Shown here: positions 15,635-23,900 of the stretch, in pieces | How positions within the stretch are numbered: the stretch's first letter is position 1 | Layout of the letters: every line of letters begins with the position of its first letter | NCBI GenBank assembly: GCA_048615025.1 | Contig: JBMCLZ010000001.1 | Span: 1-24,656 of the forward strand | Direction of reading: 5' to 3' | DNA: 24,656 bases | Source: Candidatus Dojkabacteria bacterium | Lineage (GTDB): Bacteria > Patescibacteriota > Dojkabacteria > CALFHW01 | Made by a program: the position numbers and the translations under genes | The notes under the pieces: generated by a model | Database searches by the model: none | The model's input: only the letters and a program-made list of their open reading frames with translations | What the model was told of the DNA's origin: nothing

Positions 15635-16778
15635 GAAGGGAGCTGATAAGCTTAGGGTGCTAATGATTAACTACGAATTTCCTCCCGTTGGTGGGGGCGC
15701 AGGGAACGCATGCTACTACATGCTACGAGAGTATGCTCGGTATAAGAATCTAGAGATAGATCTTGTTACATTTTCGCCAGAGAACAGAGGTTACGTGGAA
15801 AATTTTTCAGACAATATCCGTGTGTTTTATGTAAAGGCTGGGGAGAAAAAGAATCTTCACTATTGGACCAATACCGAAATGTTACGTTGGCTTTTTGCTA
15901 GTTTAATTTTCACTAGAAAACATCTGAAAAGCAAGAGATACGATCTTATGCACTGTTGGTCTGGCTGGCCTGTAGGAGTTATTGGGCTTATACACCTTAA
16001 GAGCATGCCATATTTAGTTGCACTTCGTGGCAGTGATATTCCGGGTTATAGCCCTAGGACGAAGGCTCTAGATTGGCTTCTACTTAGATGGATTGCAAAG
16101 GTCGTTTGGGCAAGGGCTGCAGTGGTTACTGTTTTAAGTAAGGACTCTGCCAAGCTAGCTAAGAATACCAATTCGCATATAAATTTCGAAGTGATTTACA
16201 ACGGAATAGATACAACAGAATTCTACCCAGCGGAGTCGCCATTTGTCGGAGACAAGTTGCGAATGCTATTTGTGGGTAGGTTGATCCCTAGAAAAGGAAT
16301 TAGGGAGCTAGTCAGAGCATGTCAAGACTTAAAGGGGAACTTTGAGTTAAGCGTGATTGGTGCAGGTAAGCTGGAAGAAGAGATTAGTCAATTGGTAATT
16401 GATTTAAAAATGGCAGACAAAATTAAGCTTCTAGGCAGAATATCTCATGAAAAATTACCTGAAATATACCGCCAGCACGACGTTTTTGTAATGCCTTCTC
16501 ACAACGAGGCACTTGGTAATGTTACTCAGGAGGCGATTGCATCGGGGCTTGCTCTGGTCACCACAGATACAGGAGCCGCAGAGCTGTTAGATGGGAACGG
16601 AGTAATTATTGAGAAAGAAGATGTCCCTGATCTAGCTTCAAAACTTCAGGAGTTAGTAGATGACCACGAGTTGGTTAGTAAGTATAAACAGAAGTCTGCT
16701 AAATTGGGAAGGGAAATGCTATGGCATAAGTGTTGTAGTGAATACTACGAACAGTATCTTAAGATTATAAATAAATGA
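15615..16778 (+). CDS. Glycosyltransferase family 4 (GT-B fold)
   Basis: VLMINYEFPPVGGGA, VIYNGIDTTEF, LFVGRLIPRKG, DVFVMPS...EALGNVTQEAIASG (EX7E). Confidence 0.93.
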   Translation: MQSSQGRKGADKLRVLMINYEFPPVGGGAGNACYYMLREYARYKNLEIDLVTFSPENRGYVENFSDNIRVFYVKAGEKKNLHYWTNTEMLRWLFASLIFTRKHLKSKRYDLMHCWSGWPVGVIGLIHLKSMPYLVALRGSDIPGYSPRTKALDWLLLRWIAKVVWARAAVVTVLSKDSAKLAKNTNSHINFEVIYNGIDTTEFYPAESPFVGDKLRMLFVGRLIPRKGIRELVRACQDLKGNFELSVIGAGKLEEEISQLVIDLKMADKIKLLGRISHEKLPEIYRQHDVFVMPSHNEALGNVTQEAIASGLALVTTDTGAAELLDGNGVIIEKEDVPDLASKLQELVDDHELVSKYKQKSAKLGREMLWHKCCSEYYEQYLKIINK

Positions 16779-16794
16779 ATGTTTTAGTAATTTA

Positions 16795-17451
16795 ATGAGC
16801 AATCGAAGGAACATGTTTGAAACTCAAGTAGAAAAAGAGCACTATTTTAACGCAAAATACGATAAGCTTGAACGTTTTATTTCTTACTATTATCAGGCTC
16901 AAACAGCCATAAGTACTAATCCTAAAACTATACTAGAGATTGGAGTTGGAAATAAAACTGTAACAAACTACCTAAAGCAGTTTGGCTACAGAGTTACAAC
17001 AGCAGATTTCGACGAAAGTCTTGGAGTAGATTATGTTGCTGATGTGAGGGAATTGCCAATGAATAACAAAGAGTTTGATACTACGCTTATTTTCGAAGTC
17101 TTGGAACACATTCCTTTCGAAGATTTAGACAAGGCACTCTCTGAGCTAGCACGTGTAAGTAAGAATTATGTTGTTGTTTCTTTCCCCCATTCCTGCATAA
17201 ACCTCGAATTGGGTGCTAAGTTCTCACTCCAGTTCTGGAGCAAAAAGCATTTTGTTCCGATTCGGATACCTTATTTTTTTATTAAATCATCCGTAAAGCG
17301 GAATCATCAGCATTATTGGGAGATGGGGAGAATGGATCATTCAAAAAGAAAGGTGATGCGGAAGTTTAGGGAGTATTTCGAGGTAGAAAATACTTTTCAT
17401 CCGCCTCTGAATCAAAATCATTTTTTTATGGTACTTAGACCAAAAGAGTGA
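16795..17451 (+). CDS. Class I SAM-dependent methyltransferase
   Basis: ILEIGVG (motif I), VTTADFD, VADVRELP, FEVLEHIP, HYWEMG. Confidence 0.9.
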   Translation: MSNRRNMFETQVEKEHYFNAKYDKLERFISYYYQAQTAISTNPKTILEIGVGNKTVTNYLKQFGYRVTTADFDESLGVDYVADVRELPMNNKEFDTTLIFEVLEHIPFEDLDKALSELARVSKNYVVVSFPHSCINLELGAKFSLQFWSKKHFVPIRIPYFFIKSSVKRNHQHYWEMGRMDHSKRKVMRKFREYFEVENTFHPPLNQNHFFMVLRPKE

Positions 17452-18422
17452 TGACAGTAGGATTGAAGAACCCGCTCAAGTCTAAGACTCTCAGGTTTAT
17501 ATTTAAACTGATAATCTCCTGCTCGTTACTTATCCATATATTCCGCGATTTCTCTTTGGATCTTTCTAAGCTCGAACTAACTATTTATGGATTATTCTTA
17601 CTGGCGCTTGCTTTTCTGCTGAACTTAGCTAATGCGTATTTGTCTGCATTAAGACTAAAGGCGATTACTCCATACAATTTTTCAGTTTTCTATGCATTTA
17701 AGATCACGCTTATAGGGATATTTTTTAACAATTTTTTCCCGACAAACTTTGGAGGAGATATAATTAAGGCAGGGATATTTAAAGATAAAGCTGGTGATAT
17801 GGCTCATGCGGCAGGATACATCTTCCTAGATAGGGTTATAGGTCTTAGCACACTACTACTTATTGCAGTCTTGGGTCTAAGCTATTTCGCATACCTTGGA
17901 GAGTATTTTCCTTTATTTGCATACTTAATTGTTGCACTTTTCCTTATTGCATTAACTGTACTATCTTTGTTGGTATACTTCTCCCCTAGTTTAGCTAAAC
18001 TACTATCTAAATATCCCAAACTAATTAGTTTAGGCAGGTTAAGAAAAGTAATGCAAAAAAGTAATCTACCGCTCGCTCTTTTTTATGGGTTAATTTTCCA
18101 GCTAAATACTGGTTTTGTGATTTACATTCTTTCGTTATTTCTGGGGCTTAACATATCACTTCAATATTTCATTGTTTTGATTCCAGTCTCGAATTTGCTG
18201 CTTACTATTCCAATAACTTTTAACGGATTAGGGGTTCGTGATTATATATTTCTTAATTTTTTCGAGCCATTCGCTGGAGCTGGGAGCAATCTGCTATTGC
18301 TTGCACCGCTTAACTTCGCACTAAATCTGGCGAATGCAGTTTTTGGGGCGATTTTCTATCTGCTTAACAAGAAAGGGATCGAGTTAAGTCAGAAAGAAGT
18401 TAAAGTGTCAGATCTTCCTTAA
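17448..18422 (+). CDS. Lysylphosphatidylglycerol synthase TM / UPF0104 flippase-like membrane protein
   Basis: Multiple TM helices; FFNNFFPTNFGGDIIKA, FLDRVIGL, IPITFNGLGVRD. GTG 17448 or ATG 17451, coupled to the methyltransferase stop. Confidence 0.85.
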   Translation: MMTVGLKNPLKSKTLRFIFKLIISCSLLIHIFRDFSLDLSKLELTIYGLFLLALAFLLNLANAYLSALRLKAITPYNFSVFYAFKITLIGIFFNNFFPTNFGGDIIKAGIFKDKAGDMAHAAGYIFLDRVIGLSTLLLIAVLGLSYFAYLGEYFPLFAYLIVALFLIALTVLSLLVYFSPSLAKLLSKYPKLISLGRLRKVMQKSNLPLALFYGLIFQLNTGFVIYILSLFLGLNISLQYFIVLIPVSNLLLTIPITFNGLGVRDYIFLNFFEPFAGAGSNLLLLAPLNFALNLANAVFGAIFYLLNKKGIELSQKEVKVSDLP

Positions 18423-19353
18423 GTGTGTAAAGCGGCTCGCGTCCTGAGGCGTAGTAGTTTTTAATTACTAGATCGATAATTATCCCAAAGATGAACAGCT
18501 GAGTGCCTGTTATTACTAGGAATACTGCCATCAGTGGCCAGATAGAGGTAGATAAGGAGACTAGACCTAAAATTCTAAGGATTGCGAGGGTAAATAGCAT
18601 TACTGCGCCGAATAGGCCTAGAAAGACTCCAGTTACCCCAAATAGGTGCAGCGGTCTGTCGTAGTATTTTTTCCAGAACCAAATCTGCCACATGTCTACA
18701 AAACCACGAAACGCTTTACTCCAGTTGTATGAGCTTTTGCCGCTTGTTCTTGGTGCGTGCTCTATAACCATTTCTCCCACTTCGAAGCCACGCCACCTAA
18801 GAATTGCAACTAAGTAGCGGTGCATTTCTCCGCTCAGGTCTAGACCCTCGAAACACTCTCTGCGGTAAACTTTAAGAGTGCAGCCAAGATCGTGCACTCC
18901 TGGGTTTAGAACTTGTTTGCGCATCCAGCCACCAAACTTCGAAAGATTACGAATAATAACATTATCTTTCCTCTTTTTACGCCAGCCAGAAACAACGTCT
19001 AACCCTTCTTTTTCTAATTTTTCGACGAGTTTTGGGATTTCCTCTGGAGGGTTTTGTAGGTCTGAATCTATCGTAATTATAAGATCTCCCTTTGCTGCTT
19101 TGATGCCAGCATCGAGCGCAATAGACTGCGTAGTTCTGTATTGCATCATGGGAAGGCGCATTACTAGTACTCTGGCATTTTTTAGCTCTTTTAGTTTAGC
19201 CACCGTATTATCTTTAGAACGGTTTTCGACATAGATAATCTCGAAACTTTTCCCCATGTTTTTGAGAGTTTTAGTTAGCCTCTCGTGCAAAGTCACAATA
19301 TTGCCCTCTTCGTTATGAACTGGAGTAACAACCGAGATGTCTATATTTGCCAT
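18400..19353 (-). CDS. GT2 polyisoprenyl-phosphate glycosyltransferase (GtrB/ArnC/DPM-like) with two C-terminal TM helices
   Basis: Start at ATG 19353 (MANIDISVVTPVHNEEGN); IITIDSDLQNPPEEIP (DxD), DVVSGWRKKRKD, DLGCTLKVYR, EMHRYL, HAPRTSGKSSY, RPLHLFG followed by two TMs. Confidence 0.92.
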   Translation of the reverse strand: MANIDISVVTPVHNEEGNIVTLHERLTKTLKNMGKSFEIIYVENRSKDNTVAKLKELKNARVLVMRLPMMQYRTTQSIALDAGIKAAKGDLIITIDSDLQNPPEEIPKLVEKLEKEGLDVVSGWRKKRKDNVIIRNLSKFGGWMRKQVLNPGVHDLGCTLKVYRRECFEGLDLSGEMHRYLVAILRWRGFEVGEMVIEHAPRTSGKSSYNWSKAFRGFVDMWQIWFWKKYYDRPLHLFGVTGVFLGLFGAVMLFTLAILRILGLVSLSTSIWPLMAVFLVITGTQLFIFGIIIDLVIKNYYASGREPLYTLKEDLTL

Positions 19354-19387
19354 ACCCGAAGTATAGCAAATAATGTACAATTTCGTG
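19354..19387. promoter_or_regulatory. Bidirectional leaderless-type promoter region between the GT2 and GT-C genes
   Basis: Plus strand: TACAAT 19376-19381, 6 nt, ATG 19388. Minus strand: TG-c-TATACT 19368-19360, 6 nt, ATG 19353. Confidence 0.6.
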
Positions 19388-20845
19388 ATGAGTAAGAAAA
19401 ATTGGTTTGTAGTAAGCTTGTTAGCTCTAATAATTATTTTAGCAGGTATAGTCCGTGCTTGGGGAATAGATATGAGCTCGATGCAGATGGACGAGTATTT
19501 TCATATCGCAACAGCACAATCGATTCTAGAAGGTCATGGTGGAGAGGTATTTCGTGAAGGTCATCCTAGAATATATATGAGAGCGTTTTTACTTACGCTA
19601 ATTATCACGCCATTCCAGGCAGTCGCCCCTGAGTTTGCAGCAATTCCTTCTATTTTGTTTAGCCTTATTTCTATTGTTTTGATTTACCTAATCGGTAGCA
19701 AGTTCTCGAAATCTGTTGGGCTCATTGCAGCTTATGCGTTTGCTTTTTCTACACTAGCTGTAGCGATGGGCAGCTATATTCGTGGATACTCGCTATTTGT
19801 AATGATGCAACTTGCACTAGTTTACGCATTAATGCAAATCGATTGGAGCCTTAAGGGAAAATATTCTTACCCAGATAAGTGGTTTCGCGTAGCCACAATT
19901 CTCGCCTTACCTAGCCTATACTTTCTCGCAGATCCCAGAAGCACTTTTACAAGTACAATTGTAATTCTGCTTGCAGTCCCAGTATTTTTCGTTTGGCATA
20001 ACCTAAGGTGTCTGAAATATGTCTTGCCAATATCTGCTGCTATTCTAGCGATCGGATTCGCAATTGTAGGTACTGTTGGGCGCCTTGGCGGACAAGAGCA
20101 TGTTAATCTTTATCCAATTTATAACTCAGAATTCTTGGGCTATTTCTTTTCCGGCCTTCACACAATAGATATCCCCTGGATCTCGTTGCTGTTCACCCCA
20201 TTTTTTCTTTTGGGGATAGCTACACTCTTAAGAAGCAAAGATCAATCTCTAAAGCTAATTAGTGTTGTTACATTTACATTTTTAGTTTTCTACGGATTTT
20301 ACTTTAACCGATATTTCGAAGAGCGTTATATTTATTATCTGATTCCATTTGCCCTAATTACTTTCGCTGTTGGAGTGGAAAGTCTTGCAAAGAAAGTTGC
20401 TACTAATCGTTTAGCTACCGCTCTTATAATATTTCCAATCTTGATCCTAATGCTATTGCCTTTTTTTCCTAACCCAAGAGAGAACGCCACAGAAATCAAA
20501 CAAGAGAAGATAGAATTTCAAGAACCGTTTTTTACAATTCAGAATTATAATTTAAAGGTAGATGAGCAGACAGCATTTATTACATCTCACCAGTTCGTGC
20601 TAGCCTACTATTTTGACCTCTTCAAGAGTGACCGGCTATATTCTTTCGACCAAAGGGTGCCCGATTTCAGCGCGGACAACAGAAAAGTGCTGCAAGAGTA
20701 CGAACAGGGGTACGTCGTTGTTGAGCGAGCATGGAGGACTGATGCGGTTACAAAGGCTAATCCTGAGTTTAGTGGGGTGCAGTTGTGCGATATAGCCAGC
20801 GACTCGACCTATATTATTAAAGGTTGGGGAAGAAGTTGCGACTAA
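19388..20845 (+). CDS. GT-C fold membrane glycosyltransferase (ArnT/PMT-like, GT39/GT83 type)
   Basis: First TM followed by an external loop with MQMDEYFH (DE motif), YIRGYSL, about 11-13 TMs, EERYIYYLIP and a soluble C-terminal domain. ATG 19388 preferred over 19373. Confidence 0.85.
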   Translation: MSKKNWFVVSLLALIIILAGIVRAWGIDMSSMQMDEYFHIATAQSILEGHGGEVFREGHPRIYMRAFLLTLIITPFQAVAPEFAAIPSILFSLISIVLIYLIGSKFSKSVGLIAAYAFAFSTLAVAMGSYIRGYSLFVMMQLALVYALMQIDWSLKGKYSYPDKWFRVATILALPSLYFLADPRSTFTSTIVILLAVPVFFVWHNLRCLKYVLPISAAILAIGFAIVGTVGRLGGQEHVNLYPIYNSEFLGYFFSGLHTIDIPWISLLFTPFFLLGIATLLRSKDQSLKLISVVTFTFLVFYGFYFNRYFEERYIYYLIPFALITFAVGVESLAKKVATNRLATALIIFPILILMLLPFFPNPRENATEIKQEKIEFQEPFFTIQNYNLKVDEQTAFITSHQFVLAYYFDLFKSDRLYSFDQRVPDFSADNRKVLQEYEQGYVVVERAWRTDAVTKANPEFSGVQLCDIASDSTYIIKGWGRSCD

Positions 20846-20859
20846 TGCTAGAATTATCT

Positions 20860-21312
20860 ATGGAAAAATTCAGAAAGAAAAAAATAGTTAATTTTCTCGC
20901 TGTAGTTTTGGTTATTGCGTTGGTGGCTGCGGTTGCGGGTTTTATTGTTGGCCAGCAGGCAGAAGGCGATACATCGGAAAAAGATTCGGTCCAAGAGCAG
21001 CAGCAAGATACTTTTACTTTGGTCGTAGAAGCTGAAGGGCAAAAAGATAGATACGAGATAAAAACTAGAGAGGGAGAGACTTTGCTGCTTGCAATGAGCA
21101 GGTACGCAGAGGAAAACGATCAGTTTAGTTACAAGACAGAAACGTTCAGTTTTGGTGAATTTATTACAGTTATTAATGAGATAGATGGTAGCGAAGAAAG
21201 CGGTAACTATTGGGCTATCTCTCTAGATTCTGAACCTGCGCAGGTAGGTGTTTCAGAGCTTGTTCCAGAAACCGGGCAGGAAATTAGCTTTGTGCTCACT
21301 TCATTAGAGTAG
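20860..21312 (+). CDS. Membrane-anchored DUF4430 (transcobalamin C-terminal-like) protein
   Basis: Basic N-terminus and TM helix, then GETLLLAM...FGEFITVINEI...YWAISLDSEPAQVGVSELVPETGQEISF, the DUF4430 pattern. ATG 20860 follows TG-c-TAGAAT plus 5 nt; ATG 20845 (TAATG overlap) is the alternative. Confidence 0.78.
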   Translation: MEKFRKKKIVNFLAVVLVIALVAAVAGFIVGQQAEGDTSEKDSVQEQQQDTFTLVVEAEGQKDRYEIKTREGETLLLAMSRYAEENDQFSYKTETFSFGEFITVINEIDGSEESGNYWAISLDSEPAQVGVSELVPETGQEISFVLTSLE

Positions 21313-21314
21313 TT

Positions 21315-21881
21315 ATGCAAAAATCTTACACAATCGATCTGGCAATATTTATTGGTCTATTGTTGTTAGTTTTGCTAACCCGCACAAGCTTACACATTGC
21401 TCCAAATGTAGAGTTTGTAACTGCAGCTTCAGTTTTTGCCGCATGGGTGATGCGTAATAAGAAAATCGCACTGGCTTTTCCAGTGGCTGCGATGTTTGTT
21501 TCCGACCTAGTTATCGGTAACAGCTACATTTTTCTTTTTACCTGGTCTGGTTTTTTATTTCCTGCCGTTCTTGCTTTGGCAAATTTCTCTAAGCAGGAAG
21601 AAACTGTTGGTAAGAAATACTTTAAGTTCCTAGGATCTGGTTTTGTTGGGGTTCTTCTATTCTACTTTTGGACCAACTTCGGAGTTGTATTGCTTGGAAA
21701 TATGTATCCAAATAGCTTGGCAGGACTTATGCAAAGCTATGTAAACGCTCTTCCATTTTTAAGGAATCAGGTGTTGGGAAACATTTTTATTCTGCACATT
21801 TTTTTTGGTGCGTACCTAATTTTAGAAAATGTTAGTGAAAGATGGACGATCTTAAGCAAACTACACTCGCAGAGTACTTAA
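21315..21881 (+). CDS. DUF6580-like ECF S-component-type transporter (putative vitamin/corrinoid uptake)
   Basis: About 6 TMs; LTR...[37 protein letters not shown]...[26 protein letters not shown]. Confidence 0.75.
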   Translation: MQKSYTIDLAIFIGLLLLVLLTRTSLHIAPNVEFVTAASVFAAWVMRNKKIALAFPVAAMFVSDLVIGNSYIFLFTWSGFLFPAVLALANFSKQEETVGKKYFKFLGSGFVGVLLFYFWTNFGVVLLGNMYPNSLAGLMQSYVNALPFLRNQVLGNIFILHIFFGAYLILENVSERWTILSKLHSQST

Positions 21882-22555
21882 GAGAAATTATATATGGAGG
21901 TAACGACGGAATCGTTACTACTTTCGCCGTAGTAGCTGGGTTTAGTGGGGCTGCTTTAACAGGGAACGAGGTTGTGGAGCTTTCTTTCTTAACAGTACTG
22001 TTGTTCGGGCTCGCAAACTTATTTGCAGATGCACTTTCGATGGGACTAGGGAACCTACTTTCGATCCGCGCTGAGCGAGATGTCTATGCTTCTGCGAAAG
22101 AAGATCAGCTTAGGTTTATCGAGGAGCAAAAAGAGCGGGAGATCGAAAGGACAGTTGCTGCTTTGGAGGAAAGTGGGTTTAGTAACGAAGACTCGAAAAA
22201 AGTTGCAGAGATCTATAAGCACAACGACAACTACTGGGCGGAGTGGATTATGAACCATGCTTATGGGATTCCAAACTCTGAAGGGGTGAATCCTTACTTT
22301 ACAGGGCTTGCTACTTTTTTGTCATTCTTAATCTTTGGAGCGATTCCACTTATTCCATTTGTGCTAGTTGGAGAAGACGCTGAGCTTGCGTTTATTTCCT
22401 CTAGTATTTCCACTTTGCTGGGCCTAGTGCTTTTAGGTGTTCTGCGCTGGAGAATAATCGGTGGAAAATTCTTGCGTAATGTTTTGGAAATAGTTCTTAT
22501 AGGCGGGACTGCAGCTGTTGTCGCATTTCTGGTAGGATTCTTATTCCGCGGGTAA
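21842..22555 (+). CDS. VIT1/CCC1 family Fe2+/Mn2+ transporter
   Basis: [41 protein letters not shown], acidic cytoplasmic metal-binding segment, [17 protein letters not shown]. Confidence 0.93.
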   Translation: MDDLKQTTLAEYLREIIYGGNDGIVTTFAVVAGFSGAALTGNEVVELSFLTVLLFGLANLFADALSMGLGNLLSIRAERDVYASAKEDQLRFIEEQKEREIERTVAALEESGFSNEDSKKVAEIYKHNDNYWAEWIMNHAYGIPNSEGVNPYFTGLATFLSFLIFGAIPLIPFVLVGEDAELAFISSSISTLLGLVLLGVLRWRIIGGKFLRNVLEIVLIGGTAAVVAFLVGFLFRG

Positions 22556-22621
22556 TTAGTCACTTAGTAACGCAATTTTAAACTTTTGGTTACTTTTTCT
22601 TCTATGTACATAGAATATTAG

Positions 22622-22906
22622 TTGTGGTATCTATTTATAAATAATGAGCGAAGACTAGACTATAAGCTTGGCGAAGAGTCATTAGCTTATGCTGCAAGGT
22701 TTTGGGCGCGATATGAGACAGAAGGTAAGGAAGTCTTTACTGTTGCAATGCGCACAGACCCCGCTCTGTTATCTGCAGGGAAGCGCAATACAAATTCAGA
22801 AACTATAAATGGGGTGATCCAACGACTTAAAACACACTACCCTAATCTTCTATTGCTACTCGTCGGGGATAAACCTCCAGATGCAGAGAATTTTTTGGAG
22901 CAATAA
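22622..22906 (+). CDS. Hypothetical protein (94 aa)
   Basis: The only sizeable plus-strand ORF in this gap. TTG start 5 nt after TAGAAT. No family recognised. Confidence 0.4.
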   Translation: MWYLFINNERRLDYKLGEESLAYAARFWARYETEGKEVFTVAMRTDPALLSAGKRNTNSETINGVIQRLKTHYPNLLLLLVGDKPPDAENFLEQ

Positions 22907-22907
22907 G

Positions 22908-22930
22908 GGCTTTTGCCCAGGGCAAAAGCC
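22908..22930. terminator. Perfect 11-bp inverted repeat GGCTTTTGCCC-A-GGGCAAAAGCC (hairpin, possible terminator without a U-tract)
   Basis: The arms at 22908-22918 and 22920-22930 are exact reverse complements and start 2 nt after the stop at 22906. No poly-T on either strand. Confidence 0.5.
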
Positions 22931-23011
22931 ACGGTCGTGGGTGAAGCAAGAGAAAACTCTCTCTCGATTAACTCCGGATATCACAGACATCTTACATTTT
23001 ATAAATAATTT

Positions 23012-23881
23012 ATGTATATTGAGCGAATGAAACAAATAGCTACAGATCCTAATAAAGTACCGTCTTTGCTAGACGTCGAAGATTTACAAGCAATGCTCGA
23101 CTCCATGACGGGTGGCTGGCAATCTCACATTTTACTAGTCTCACTTAGTGAATTCGGGGAAGAGTATAAGGGCAGGATTGGAGTATTTAAACAACTAGGC
23201 TTCGGAAAGGGTTTATCTGGCGAAGAAGTTGCAGATATTCGCTCTTGCTACGAGCTTTACACTAGAGAGCTAGATAGAATCGGGTTCCCTTATAACTCTG
23301 CACTTAAGACGCAAGCAGTTGCAGTAAGAAATTTTTCTGAGGATCTTACTGGCAACCCCATAGAGTGGCATGTCCATATGTTAGAGGAATTTAAGGGACC
23401 TGGCAGAGATATCAAACACGAACTTCTACATTTTCGTGCAACTGAGAAAGAAGGATACCAAGATATTTTCCTGAAAAGGTACCGCGACCTACTTGCTCTG
23501 CTCTATTCTGTTCCTGTTCGCGAAGACGGCAGATTAGAAGTGGCGATAGACTTTAAGCCAGATAACTTCGTCTGCGAGCCAGAAACCGGCTCGATCTTGA
23601 TGATCGACACCTACCCACCAAAGATATACGAAAAAGATGGTCTGTTACATCATTTCCCGAAACTAGACCCTAACTTCAGTAGAGAGTACATAACAGATCT
23701 ATGCACAGATCTCGTCTGGATGAGTGCGCGTATGCGCAAGGAATTTAGCAAGATAGATAGCGAAATGCTTGGGCAGATGGACGAAGTTATGCGGAAGATA
23801 GTTGTAGATAGTGTTCCTGCAGGTAAAAGTAAACAAATTTTAGCCGCGCTGGATTCAGAGTTTAAAGACCTAGATATTTAA
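23012..23881 (+). CDS. Atypical protein-kinase-like fold protein
   Basis: 289 aa. Gly-rich TGGWQS, beta3-like GVFKQ, catalytic loop IDFKPDNF (cf. D-x-K-P-x-N), metal-binding ILMIDTYP (DFG position). Confidence 0.6.
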   Translation: MYIERMKQIATDPNKVPSLLDVEDLQAMLDSMTGGWQSHILLVSLSEFGEEYKGRIGVFKQLGFGKGLSGEEVADIRSCYELYTRELDRIGFPYNSALKTQAVAVRNFSEDLTGNPIEWHVHMLEEFKGPGRDIKHELLHFRATEKEGYQDIFLKRYRDLLALLYSVPVREDGRLEVAIDFKPDNFVCEPETGSILMIDTYPPKIYEKDGLLHHFPKLDPNFSREYITDLCTDLVWMSARMRKEFSKIDSEMLGQMDEVMRKIVVDSVPAGKSKQILAALDSEFKDLDI

Positions 23882-23900
23882 CTTAACTAAATTAAGAACA

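Noticed and set aside
20700-20860. Cobalamin riboswitch upstream of the DUF4430/S-component pair
   Set aside because: The region is entirely GT-C coding sequence and I found no B12-box.
5968-22563. Other short track ORFs nested in longer genes (e.g. 5968-6219, 6481-6687, 9872-10060, 10727-10957, 12510-12887, 13630-13878, 15349-15555, 15419-15616, 18878-19234, 20613-20795, 20854-21042, 22055-22258, 22294-22563)
   Set aside because: Fully overlap well-supported CDSs and have the Ser/Phe/Leu-rich composition typical of antisense frames.
22919-22965. CAGGGCAAA...GAAGCAAG resembling a c-di-GMP-I (GEMM) riboswitch
   Set aside because: No GNRA tetraloop/receptor and no matching second hairpin; the GGCAAA lies inside the perfect inverted repeat.
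22604-23023. Two nearby starts both encoding MYIE (22604 and 23012)
   Set aside because: Third-position bases differ and similarity stops after four codons; most likely coincidence.
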